From: Chiloscyllium plagiosum
Lineage: Eukaryota
NCBI RefSeq assembly: GCF_004010195.1
Contig: NC_057711.1
Coordinates: forward strand, 78,831,738 to 78,863,884
Direction: 5' to 3'
Length of the DNA: 32,147 nucleotides
The notes under the pieces were generated by a model. That model made no database searches. It was not told the origin of the DNA and worked only from the letters and a program-made list of their open reading frames with translations. Within the stretch, counting starts at the first letter, position 1; every line of letters starts with the position of its first letter. Shown here in pieces: positions 12,263 to 23,169 of the stretch. Both the position numbers and the translations under genes were made by a program.

Positions 12263-13458
12263 GATGGTTGTAATGTTCTTATTTCAAAGCCACCTTGTCA
12301 AAAATGCCTACATAAATGAAATTATAATGACTCCAGTTCTAACTGAAAACCAATTCTTATTGTATAGATATTGCAGATCAAACAATGTTCCCTGGAGTTT
12401 GATCCATTGCATACAAATCTCAAATCTTCAAATTTATCCAACTTTGACTTGTGGAAGATATTTTTGACCAATGTTGAATAAAGCAAAACAGAACACAATT
12501 AAAAACTCAATTACTAGAAACTATTGTCCTTTCTTTCAATATAAAGAATTATATCGAGTAAAATAGTTCAAGAACATCTGCCTGTGTCGTTTGTGGATTC
12601 TTTGGTTTGTCCCTGTCAAACAGTTAATATTGCTCTAATACATGAAGAAGCCAGCATAAGGCAATAATAATGAAAAATGTTGGAAAAGACAATATCAATT
12701 GTTATTCAACAGACCCATCAAAGATTACTTTTTTGTCAGCTGCTTTCAGGAAATGTATTTTCCATCAGATATGATTGCATTCCTCTTTGAAGTGCTCCAT
12801 TCTCCTAGTAGATTTAATGTGACATTCAGGCACTTTTCAGTCCCTTGGCCTCAGAGGCAGTTCAGAGAGGCACAACAAGCCTTCAGAGATTTATCCTCAA
12901 AGGCCGACACTGCCTGCCTGATTTATTGTAACTTTAAGAGACAGCTCTAGCAAAGCATGTGATTTTTCGCCTTCGTTCTCACCAGACTTATCAATTCATC
13001 AGTATGCAACTAGTACATCTTACAGTCAGGGGCTTTCTATCTACTCACAAAAAATACACTAATTTGTGTCCATATGCAACATTTCAAATGAAGAATTACA
13101 TTTAATAATTGCATTTTGATAACATGCATGAGTTAGGGATTTCTGCTTATGTGCTCACAGCCTGTGATTTTTCTGACAATTAAAATTAATGGTGGTGGTG
13201 ATGTTGTGAGGCGTTCAACGAATGAAGTGGACAGTCTTGGATGTCGTGTTTATCCCAGAATATCTGTCAATCATTTTCATGGAAAATCATTGGAGTTTAA
13301 TAAATAACATCAAAATAATTAAATTGATTTTAAATAGTATTGTGTCCATTACTTAATTACTAGTAATTCATGACATCTAACTACACTATTTCATTTTACA
13401 AGCCTTCTCAGACAATCTAGGAATCTCTTAACTCCAGTTGCCATTGGTAGATCATTTA

Positions 13459-13590
13459 TTGATTCCTGAAGAAGGGCTCATGCCCGAAACGTCGATTATC
13501 CTGCTCCTTGGATGCTGCCTGACCTGCTGCGCTTTTCCAGCAACACATTTTCAGCTCTGATCTCCAGCATCTGCAGTCCTCACTTTCTCC
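13459..13590 (+). mobile_element. Short Penelope-derived element (family A) with hammerhead motif
   Basis: gattcctgaagaagggc...gatgctgcctgacctgctg...cagcatctgcagtcctcactttctcc; imperfect 11-bp TSD tagatcattta (13448-13458) / tagattattta (13591-13601). Confidence 0.88.
13461..13498 (+). ncRNA. Minimal type I hammerhead ribozyme motif (core intact, stem I weak)
   Basis: gattc CTGAAGA a gggc-tcat-gccc GAAA cg TC gatta: all core nucleotides present, 4-bp stem II, stem I mismatched. Confidence 0.7.
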
Positions 13591-15059
13591 TAGATTATTT
13601 AAAGTAGTGTTCATGAATAGGATAAACTGATGCTTTTCAATAGAATTCAAAAGTCACATTTTACATTGAAATGACAAGTTAAAAATATTTCAGGTATAGC
13701 ACTTTCTGCTTGAGTTGCTGGCATGGATTAACTTTGATTTTCTCTACATTTGTATTAAATACAAAAAATTTAGGCCACCATGATTGAAAATTCAATAAAT
13801 GTCTATTGGCCTGTCTGAATTACAGTCGTGGAAATTATCACAGAGCAGCAGGAAAGTGATTCTGGAGCAAAACCAAAGCTCAGAGCATTCTGATATCTCA
13901 GCTGGATATAATGCATGGTGGCAATCAGCTTGCGAAAGAGATAGAAACAACGTTTATGAGGTCTTCACTTGTCAGATAAATGTAGGATAATAGATAGCTG
14001 GCGGTTAATTATAAGGCAACAATTCAATCAAGAGGTTCTGAATAAATCATTACATATAAAGCCAAAAGTGTTTGTGAATATTGGCAGATCCCAGTTACTG
14101 AAAGATTTCACAAAGCATTTCTTATTGTTAATGATATATACCTTATCTAATATTAGTTATTTTATTGTAATGTGGCTGGCACACTGAATATTATAGAGAC
14201 AGAATGGTACAGACGCAAGAGTAATAAAGACACCATTGGTAGGGAAATGTCATTATGTAGCTGCAACTATGGTAATAAAATAATTAACAGAAATGATTAT
14301 AACAGCTGGGAAAACAGAAGAAGTATGTAATAAGTCAATTAGAGTGTTGAATATTACAACATTTTTTCTTCCAGATATAGTTTGGCTGAGCATGCAGTTG
14401 TAACAATTTCCATTCTCATTATGGAAGTTGGTGATTTCTAATATGCTACAATACAGTGTACCATGCCTTATGTGTAATATGGTAGAGATGCTCATTATAC
14501 AGCCTGCAGGCCAACAGTTGTATAGCTTGTACAGCTCTGTTTTAAATTCCTGATTATATCCAATTCAGATCAATGTTTTCGTTTCACCAGAAGGTAAAGT
14601 GAGGAATCCTCTTTAATAAATCCTGCATGCAGTATCTCTTCATTAAATCTTTAGCGCATGTTCCAGCTTTTTCTTGCTGATTATTTGATATGTTATTTCA
14701 GATTTGCCAAATCATCAGTCACCAAAGACCTTGCTCTTCCTGCCATGGCAGTTTTGCACTCTGAAGAAGGTCAATGCTTTGTTTCAGTCTCTCTTGATCA
14801 TATCAACGTCATGTTGCGTTGCCTTTTTCAATGACTCAAGCATCCAGCTAGCATTAGAAATGCTCATAATTGGCTGCACATCTCATCCAGGAGCTAATAT
14901 TATAAGCAGCCAGTACCAATTAAAGTTATCTTGCACTTCTTAAAATTCACCTGCATCTCTAATAGGGATTAGTGAAATTGGATAGAATTTGTGGAGGTTG
15001 CCACACAGAGAGTGAATCTGATCTGTGAATCTTTGAATGGTAAGTAGTGGTACAACATT

Positions 15060-16560
15060 GGAAAGTGTGGGCTTCAAGATTTTTAGGTGGAAGTCTTGGT
15101 GGAGGAGTTGTGAATAATGAGAAACCCTACAAGGGGCTTGGGGCCCTCCAGTCTCATGTTAAAAGGCAATGGAACAGTTAGTCTTGAATATCAGTGTCAG
15201 GAATCAACTCTGAAGATCTGGATGTCTTGCACAAGAAGTTCTTTGATCTCTTTTGAGTGGTCGATGTCAGTCAATGCATCTGCAAAGGCCATGTCCGATC
15301 AACTTCAGTGCTGGACTCATGCAATGTTCAATTCACTGAATACGCAGTATCACAGTTTTTAACTAACATGGCACAAGGCATAGGCTGTGCTCTAAATGTA
15401 ATGCTTATTACCTGTATTCATTTGGTGATTTTCTTGCAATTGTTTGGAAATTGATGTCTCCTTGTACCTAATTCTTCTCGCAATCTATCAGTCCTTCCAA
15501 TTTACAATCTTCAGATGATTTAAACATACACATCTTGCTTTGCATCATTGCCTTGCTGTTTTGCCGATCACATTTTTACCCTTGTGCTTTTCCCCTCTCA
15601 GATATCCATGAAGGGCCATCCAACTTGACAGTGGAGGAATAGCAAGAAAGAAGCAAGAATGAAAGTGGATTGTGAAACAATTTCATTTGTAAACATCAGC
15701 TCAAATACTATGCATGTAATTTAAAGCATAGCACAGGGGTGGGCTCTGTATGTGGTGAGAGACAGAGCACTGGCCAGTGAGCTGCAGCCAAGGGCGATGG
15801 AGCAAACAGATCTCCTGCCTGCTTGCTGGACGACCAAGTCACACAACTGTTCTGCTGCTAGGGAGTCAGCGAGCTCTCAAATGGGACAGAGGGATGATGA
15901 TGGATATACACAATGAAATTGTTTGTGCATCGGGAAGCCCACCAGAAATTATGTGGTTATTTAATGGAGCATGGAGGAGTACAGGATCACCTCGACTCAG
16001 GATTTGACTCAGAGATTGCATTCCATGCTTTCCTGTGTAAAAGTGGTGGCCAACTCTATTTGTATACTTGTGGAGACTGAGGGCAGAGATTCAGTTGCAT
16101 TGCTATACAAGCAGTGTAAGTCTTGCAGTTGAATTTCACCTTGTTATCAAGGCTGTAGGTTATGGTATGCAAGATGATTTGCAGAATGTCACAGCAGCCC
16201 AGGAACCTCTATGAACATGATTACTCAGATTGCTGACATGCAGCCTTGCAGGAGGAGCAGTGGCTTGAAGCAGAAACTTCTGTTCTTTCTCAGACAGACA
16301 GAATTCATCTTTTAGTTCCTGTCACTTTGCCAGTGCCATTGCTGTTATCTATGTCAAGCTGGCACAATTCACAACCACACCTTGTTGATGTAGTGCCACT
16401 TGTGTTTGTCATCCACAACCATTTGCGGTCTCCTGTACTGAAATTAAATAGCTTGTATAGGCACACTAGGACTGAAAAACGCACATGGAAGGCAGGCACT
16501 AAAGGACTATATGAAGATAGTTTATTGAACTTTGAATGCAACATGACATGATTTCATTTA
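15060..16560 (+). mobile_element. Possible degraded PIF/Harbinger remnant (Myb/SANT-like ORF region)
   Basis: With frameshifts, 15068-15250 reads WASRF..VEVLVEE...PSSLML.RQW...KIWM.C.KKFFDL, resembling the trihelix/Myb-SANT motif (R.PRF...LE.LV.EV...W...RT..QC.KK..DL) of Harbinger accessory proteins. No TIRs located; downstream extent is a guess. Confidence 0.45.
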
Positions 16561-17431
16561 CAAACATGGTTTGGGATAATTATTCTATGTTTTATTGTGT
16601 CTTATTTCAGTGTTGTGACCAACCAGACCACACCAAGGTCAGTTACAGAAGGAATGTAAGCTATGGGTGGTTGGCAATTTGAGATTGCAGCTATTGGTTT
16701 TGTCATCATTGCCCAATTACCACTCTTTGCTTTCCCAGGGTGGATCAAACTCAGTCAGTGCAATGGGTTCTTACAGAACAAAAGCATCATGGCTGCTGTC
16801 AGGAAAATGGGCATTGACCTCTGTGATTTGATATCTATGGTTGTGTATAACATGGAAATTCAGGAAATATTTTCTCTTTCAGTTCTGAATAGAGCAGAGT
16901 TGACATGCAGCATCCACAAAGTAATGTGCATGCAGTTAAAGGCACTGTCCCACCATGGTAAGAGACAATGAAATGAAATCTTTAATTAAATAGATAGCAC
17001 CAGTGATAACAGTAGACACCAGCCAGTGAGATGTTTCAAATATCTCTACCTCCAACTTGGAAGAAGCCAGGCACGTTTGAATTTATAGTAGCAGTCTCGT
17101 TCACAACCCCTCAGAGTGTGATCCTTGCCTTGTTTTGAAGTTGCAGTCTTGACTGCAACAGGTGACACATTTCAATGAAGAAGATCAATCTGAAATACAA
17201 ACACCTGACTCATTGTTCCTTGCTGAGTTGAGGTAGAAATATTTACTTGATGAATATTGCCAGCAGCTTAATTCATTCTCATTCTTTGTTCATTCTCTGT
17301 GTCATGCTGCTTTCCAGGGAAAGGACTACCTGTGCACACATTTTAGGAGCAATTGGTGTGTGTCAGTTTGTACCATACAATGGCCAGGCAAAGATCATCT
17401 CCAATAATAGAGATCCTAACTGTCTCTGTTT

Positions 17432-17660
17432 TGTAATAACTTCACAGAGGCTGGTCACCAAGTCATTCTTTAATTACATGTGGAAAGTCCTTGAAACTGA
17501 TTCAGCTCCATCAGAGTCAGCTCTCAGAATGAATACAATCTCTGACACTCCTGTTCTTATCTGACAGCCAGGGCTCCTGGATTAGACCAGATTAACAGCC
17601 CCAATCAGTGAACTCATACTCTATGAGATCTGCCCAGTTGACCTCATTATAGTCACTACA
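17432..17660 (-). mobile_element. 3' LTR (229 bp) of a Ty3/Gypsy retrotransposon
   Basis: TG...CA termini (tgtaat at 17432, actaca ending 17660); abuts a polypurine tract on the internal side; ATTAAA on the minus strand. Confidence 0.8.
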
Positions 17661-17673
17661 TCTCTTCCCCTCT
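17661..17673 (-). promoter_or_regulatory. Polypurine tract (plus-strand primer) of the Gypsy element
   Basis: tctcttcccctct = agaggggaagaga on the minus strand, immediately before the LTR's TG. Confidence 0.8.
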
Positions 17674-18248
17674 GAGTCTGAGGCCATAGACTTTTTTTTT
17701 GTAGTTCCTCCTGGGGCATTTTAGTACAGGATCAGGTTCTTCCAGCTCTGCCTCGGTAATGCACAGTAGCTTGTCTTTTCTGCCCAGAGCCTGTTCAGGA
17801 TCATCGTACCTACCCAAACTTTATACATCACTGGACTTGACCTTCCGTTGACTATACCTTTTGCAGGGTGATTCCTGTGGTTCCTCCAAGCAAGCGTTTG
17901 TCATTTGAATTAAAATGTCTCTCATGAGTAGTGGAGTCTTTGTCTGGCATGGGATGTTGTTTCACTCTCTCTCAGGTCCAGAAGACTAAATTTAACCTGG
18001 TGTGGAGTCTTCTACACATTAGCAACTTTGCTGGAGCCATCCCTGTAGTTGCATGAACATTCGTCCTATAATCAAATAGGAACGGGGACAGTTTGGTATC
18101 TAGTGAAGCTGTAAGCTGTTTCTTTAAGCCTGCCTTCAAAGTTTGGACTACTCTTTCTGCCTGACCATTGAAAGATGGATGTTATGGAGCTGTTCTTATA
18201 CGTTGAATACCTTTCAACTTGAGGAAATACTCAAATTCCCTGTTAGTA

Positions 18249-19821
18249 TGAACATAGAAGGAATAGTTATTAATTTTGCAGATGACACCAAAATTGGAGG
18301 TGTGGTGGACAGCAAAGAAGATTACCTCAGATTACAACAGGATCTTGACCAGATGGGCCAATGGGCTGAGGAGTGGCAGATGGAGTTTCATTTAGATAAA
18401 TGCGAAGTGCTGCATTTTGGGAAAACAAATCTTATCAGGACTTAAACACTTAATGGAACCCCGATGCGGTCTCCTGTACATTGGGGAGACTGGACGCCTC
18501 CTAGCAGAGCGCTTTAGGGACCCCAATGTGGTCTTCTCTACGTTGGGGAGGCTCTACGTCTCCTAGCAGAGTGCTTTAGGGAACATCTCTGGGACATCAG
18601 CACCAATCAACCACACCACCCTGTTGCCCAACATTTCAACTCCCCCTCCCATTCAGCCGAGGACATAGATCCCTGAGCCTCCTTCACCGCCGCTCCCTCA
18701 CCACCCGACGCCTGGAGGAAGTACGCCTCATCTTCCACCTCGGAACACTTCAACCCCAGGATGTCAATGTGGACTTCACCTGTTTTCTCATTTCCCCTTC
18801 ACCCACCTCAGCCCAATTCCAAACTTCCAGCTCAGCACTGTCCCCATGACTTGTCCTACCTGCCTATCTTCCTTTCCACCTATCCACTCCACCCTCCTCT
18901 CTGACCTATCACCTTCTCTCTCCACCCTTTAGGCACTCTGCCTGTATTCCTGCTGAAGGGCTTTTGCCCAAAAAGTCAATTTTCCTGCTCCTCAGATGCT
19001 GCCTGACCTGCTGTGCTTTTCCAGCACCACTCTAATCCAGAATCTGGTTTCGAGCATTTGCAGTCATTGTTTTTACCTTATACACTTAATGGTAAATTCC
19101 TAGGAAGTGTTGCTGAACAAAGAGACCTTGGAGTGCAGGTTCATAGCTCCTTGAAAGTAGAATTGCAGGTAGATAAGACAGCGAAGAAGGCATTTGGTAT
19201 GCTTTCCTTTATTGGTCAGAGTATTGAGTAAAGGAGGTGGATGATCATGTTGCGGCTGTACAGGATGTTGATTAGGCCACTTTTGGAATATTGCATGCAA
19301 TTCTGGTCTCCTTTCTATCGGAAGGATGTTGTGAAACTTGAAAGGGTTCAGAAAAGATTTACTAGGATGTTGCCAGGGTTGGAGGATTTGAGCTACAGGG
19401 AGAGGCTGAATCGGCTGGGGCTGTTTTCCCTGGAGCGTCAGAGACTGAGGGGTGACCTTATAGTGCTTTATAAAATCATGAGGGGCATGGATAGCGTAAA
19501 TAGACAAAGTCTTTTCCCTGGGATGGGGGGGTCCAGAACTAGGTGGCATAAGTTTAGGTTGAGAGGAGACAGATATTAAAGAGACCTAAGGGGCAACTTT
19601 TTCACACAGAGGGCATGCATGGAATGAGCTGCCAGAGGAGTGGTGGAGACCAGTCCAATTGCAATATTTAAAATGCATCTGGAGGGTATATGAATAGGAA
19701 GGATTTCGAGAGATTTCGGTCAAGTGCTGACAAATGTGACTAGATTAGATTGGAGTCAGCATAGACGAATCGGACTGAAGGGTCTGTTTCCATGCTGTAC
19801 ATCTCTATGACTCTATGACTC
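18249..19821 (+). mobile_element. 5'-truncated CR1/HER1 LINE (RT C-terminal part, 3' UTR, (ctatgact)n tail)
   Basis: FADDTKIGGVVDS...LQQDLDQMGQWAEEWQMEF..DKCEVLHFG (18276-18420); RPLLEYCMQFWSPFYRKDVVKLERVQKRFTRMLPG (ORF 19241-19579); tail ctctatgactctatgactc; 5-bp TSD tagta 18244-18248 / 19822-19826. Confidence 0.95.
18457..19076 (+). mobile_element. Penelope-like element 3' fragment (GIY-YIG endonuclease C-terminus plus terminal hammerhead-bearing segment, family B)
   Basis: Encodes RCGLLYIGETGRLLAERFR...EHLWD...PVAQHFNSPSHS...RRLEE.RLIFHLGTLQP..VNVDF; degenerate hammerhead at ~18946-18982; TSD cttaaacacttaatgg 18441-18456 / cttatacacttaatgg 19077-19092. Confidence 0.92.
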
Positions 19822-19994
19822 TAGTAAATGATGGCCCATTATCTGTGACCAACACTCCTGGGAGTCCATTTACTGCAAAAGATGCACACGGTTTGTCTAT
19901 TGATCTCCGTATTTGATGAATGAATTCTATGCATGTTTAATCACTTTGATTCGGCGTTCCCAATGACTGAGAACATTGACCTGGGATAGACCTT

Positions 19995-20394
19995 GTTTTC
20001 TATCATCCACTGAAAAGTTGCACCGGCTGCCAATATCCCAAAAGGCAGTCTCTTTTATTATTACTAACCCTTATGGTTATTAATTGTAGCATACTTCTGG
20101 GAATCCTCATCTAACTGCAATTGCAAGTATGCATGGCTCATGTCCAGCTTTGTGAAGGACAATATCTCTGCCAACCTTGTGTATAAATCTTCAATGCAAT
20201 GGATTGGATCTTTATCCAGCTACAAAAAGTGGTTTACCATTTGTTTAAAATCCCTATAAAGGTGAACTGACCCGTTGGCCTTCACAATCAGTACAACTGG
20301 TGCTGGCCATTCCACAAACTGGAAAGGTTTGATGATTCCTTCACTTTCCAGCCTTCTGATGCCTGCCTCTACTTATGCCCATAAGGCAAATGGC
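19995..20394 (-). pseudogene. Gypsy reverse transcriptase, N-terminal half only
   Basis: PFAL...RLESEGIIKP...EWPAPVVLIVKANGSVHLYRDFK...FTKLDMSHAYLQLQLDEDSQKYATIN.HKG...RLPFG; ends before the YxDD motif. Confidence 0.9.
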
Positions 20395-20407
20395 ACTGGG
20401 TTGTCCT

Positions 20408-20552
20408 GATGACTGAGTATTCCTGATGAAGGGCTTTTGCCCAAAACGTCGATTTTCCTGCTCCTCGGATGCTGCCTGAACTGCTGTGCTTTTCCAGCAC
20501 CACTCTAATCTAGATTCTGGTTTCCAGCATCTGCAGTCATTGTTTTTAACCT
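20408..20552 (+). mobile_element. Short Penelope-derived element (family B) with mutated hammerhead
   Basis: tattcCTGATGAagggcttttgcccAAAAcgTCgatt...; nearly identical to 18945-19076; perfect 13-bp TSD actgggttgtcct 20395-20407 / 20553-20565. Confidence 0.92.
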
Positions 20553-20634
20553 ACTGGGTTGTCCTTGCAGAATCGTGGGATTGCTTCCTGGTCAATATGC
20601 AATGTGGCTTTGGTTCTGTTGATAGTCCCTATGG

Positions 20635-20843
20635 GGAGAAAGTGAGGTCTGCAGATGCTGGAGATCAAAGTTGAAACTTTATTGCTGGAACAGCACAGCA
20701 GGTCAGGCAGCATCCAGGGAACAGGAGATTCGACGTTTCGGGCACAGATTCCTGAAGAAGGGCCTGTGCCCGAAACGTCGAATCTCCTGTTCCCTGGATG
20801 CTGCCTGACCTGCTGTGCTGTTCCAGCAATAAAGTTTCAACAC
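20635..20843. mobile_element. Inverted (head-to-head) Penelope-derived insertion forming a perfect 78-bp palindrome
   Basis: Arms 20670-20747 and 20764-20841 are exact reverse complements around a 16-nt spacer; perfect 15-bp TSD tgatagtccctatgg 20620-20634 / 20844-20858. Confidence 0.95.
20746..20785 (+). ncRNA. Minimal type I hammerhead ribozyme motif, intact
   Basis: agattc CTGAAGA a gggc-ctgt-gccc GAAA cg TC gaatct: 6-bp stem I, 4-bp stem II, palindromic ACGT at stem III, GUC cleavage triplet ending at 20779. Confidence 0.82.
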
Positions 20844-20961
20844 TGATAGTCCCTATGGCTTTCTGAAAAACTTCTGGGAATTCAATTAGGACTTCACTCA
20901 GGCAGCCATTTACTAATCGAAAAACATTGAGTGAATCTAGGTGAATCTTTCTCAACCAGTT

Positions 20962-21240
20962 TCATCCCATCAAGCTCAGGCCTGAGCCTTTTACTACAAT
21001 TAATGGTAACTGAACCAACTGCTTCTCATAAGAAATCAGAACTGAAGTTGTACCCTGAATGTGTAAAGGTTTCCCAGTACAGGTTCTCAGTCTAGATGAG
21101 GTCTTGTGCAAACATAAGTGTTGGAGGTCAGACTGATTTTTGTTACAGACTAGTTCTGCAATCACTGAAATGGCCACACTGGCATCAAACTCCATTCGAA
21201 TTGGGTAACCATTTAACCAGATATTTATTTTGATTGGTTT
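20962..21240 (-). pseudogene. Gypsy aspartic protease (degenerate)
   Basis: PIKINIWLNGYPIRMEFDASVAISVI...LRTCTGKPLHIQG...LPLIVVKGSGLSLMG; catalytic DTG degenerated to DAS. Confidence 0.85.
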
Positions 21241-21599
21241 TGATTTGAATGTTGCGAAGCAATTTGACTGTTCCAAACCAGATGTCGGTAGAATTTTTGG
21301 GGTGTGCACTCTCTTGGTTGCTGTCCTATGAGTTCTCTTACTCCATTTAGCTCTATTGGGATTCGTTTGCTTTCTCAAGTCTGCACATTGGCAATAACTA
21401 CAATGGATGGCCAGCCTGAATCCTGAAGAAAGTTTTAACCATTTAGTAGAGGCTTGGCATTATTTTGGTGTTTTGCTGCGGGCTGACCTCGAGTCCCTCC
21501 TGAGTGAGGCTATGCAATTGCCTTAATTCAAACGAAGTTCGCCAAGTTCAGTCAGCCTGGCGAGGGTGTTCACTTCATCAGAATACCCTGCAACTCATA

Positions 21600-21914
21600 T
21601 GCTTCACTAACCGCATTTTCCAATGATAAAGCCAGTTGTAGTCCAGTTGGGTTTCAGTCAGTAAATGCTTTTGCATGATTACATCATTAATCCCACATAC
21701 CAAACAATCTCTCAGCATCTCATTAAGGGTTAAAGCGAAGTCACATGTCTCTGCCAGTCATCTTAAGCTAGTCAAAAATCCTGATAAGGAATCCCCGGTT
21801 CTCAAACTATTGAATAAAGCCGATGGTGTCTCAGAATCAAAGAAGGCTTGGGGCCATAATATTCTTTAACTAATTCCATCAACACTTGAAAGGTTTTCAT
21901 AACTGGTGCCTTCG
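21600..21914 (-). pseudogene. Gypsy Gag fragment
   Basis: KTFQVLMELVKEYYGPKP...FLTSLR*LAETCDFALTLNEMLRDCLVCGINDVIMQKHLL (LRDRLVCGI-type Gag motif). Confidence 0.85.
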
Positions 21915-22040
21915 GGAAAATGAGGGTCCGCAAACTGCAGATACTGGAAATGAGAGGCAAAAGCTCAGCAGATCTGGCAGCATCTCTGGAGAGAAAGCAC
22001 AGTTAATATTCTGAGTCCAGTGACCGTACTTCAGAACTGA
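21915..22040 (-). mobile_element. Short Penelope-derived element (family C) with degenerate hammerhead
   Basis: Minus strand cagtt CTGAAGt a cggtc-actg-gactc agaa ta TT aactg ... gatgctgccagatctgctgag...tttccagtatctgcag. Confidence 0.75.
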
Positions 22041-22069
22041 ACTGTATGAACGTTATATATATTGTGGTT

Positions 22070-22950
22070 ACAGAAGCAGAGCAAGTCTGGCTGAACTCCC
22101 TACAAGTCACCAGTCAGGAGTATGATGAAATATTTTCCATTTACCTGCATAGGTACAGCTATGAAGCTCAACACCATTCAAAGCAAAACAGTCTGGTTGG
22201 CAACCTATCAACATTCAGACCCTTAACCACCTATACACAGTGACAGCAGTGTGTCTACAATCTACAAGGTGCATTGCAATAGATCACCAAGGTTCCTTTG
22301 ACAAGCTTGCAACCTCTACCATTAGAAGGTCAAGAGCAGTTGATACATGGTATAAAAAGTACTATGGCTACAAAAACAGGTCAAAGGCTAGGAATGCTGC
22401 AGCGAGTAGCATACCTCCTGACTCCCCAAAGCCTGTCCACCATCTACAAGGCTCAAGTGGGGAATATGATGAAACACTCCCTACTTGCCAGGATTAGGGC
22501 AACTCCAACAACACTCAAGAAACTTGTCACCAACCTTGGCAAAGCAGTCCACCTGATTGGCATGTCATCCACAAATAGTCATTCCCACCATTACTGATAC
22601 TCAGCAGCAGCAATGTGTACTATTTATAAGATGCACTCCAGAAATTCACCAAGGTTCCACCAACAGGACCTTTCAAACCCATGACCACTTCCACCGAGAA
22701 GTACAAGATCAGCAGATACACAAGAACACCACCAGCTGAAAGTTTGCCCTCCAAGTCACATATCATCCTGTCTTGGAATAGTACTGCCATTTCTTCATGT
22801 GTCAAAAGAGCCGGGAATTCCCTTCATGACAACACTGTAGGTATACCTATCCCTGATGACCTACAGAGGTTCAAGAAGGTAGCTTACCACCACCTTTTCA
22901 AGAGCAATTTGGAATGGACAGTAAATGTTGGGCCTGGCCAGTGACAGATA
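22070..22950 (+). mobile_element. Two overlapping 3' fragments (~22070-22350, ~22360-22950) of a second CR1-group LINE family
   Basis: ORF 22298-22597 GQRLGMLQRVAYLLTPQSLSTIYKAQVGNMMKHS is a non-LTR RT C-terminal motif; tcaccaaggttcc and flanks occur in both segments. Confidence 0.75.
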
Positions 22951-23169
22951 AAGGAAATCAACACCAGGCAGCTAGGTAGTAGCTGATGATTCATTTATAT
23001 AGCATTACTGGATACATCCTTCCTGTGCTGTATATGTGTTGGGTGAGGTAAAGAAAACATGCCAGGTGTAGCAATGAGCTCTGAAGTAGCACCTCAGCTT
23101 CGATTCATTATTGAATGTTGATTTACATTATAATATACCTGCCCTGGATTTCTCCAATGGCTGTTTATT

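Larger units (their letters stand above)
17900..19975 (-). pseudogene. Gypsy integrase core, split by the CR1 at 18249-19821
   Basis: Removing the insertion gives GLPGVLVTDNGPSFTNREFEYFLKLKGIQRIRTAP*HPSFNGQAERVVQTLK (second D and E of the DDE triad). Confidence 0.9.
17661..21914 (-). mobile_element. Ty3/Gypsy internal region, 5'-truncated, internally deleted, with nested insertions
   Basis: Minus-strand order Gag-PR-RT-IN-PPT-LTR (Gypsy order); many stops and frameshifts. Confidence 0.9.

Noticed and set aside
20655..20955. Mirror-image ORFs with identical peptides on both strands
   Set aside because: Direct consequence of the 78-bp palindrome.
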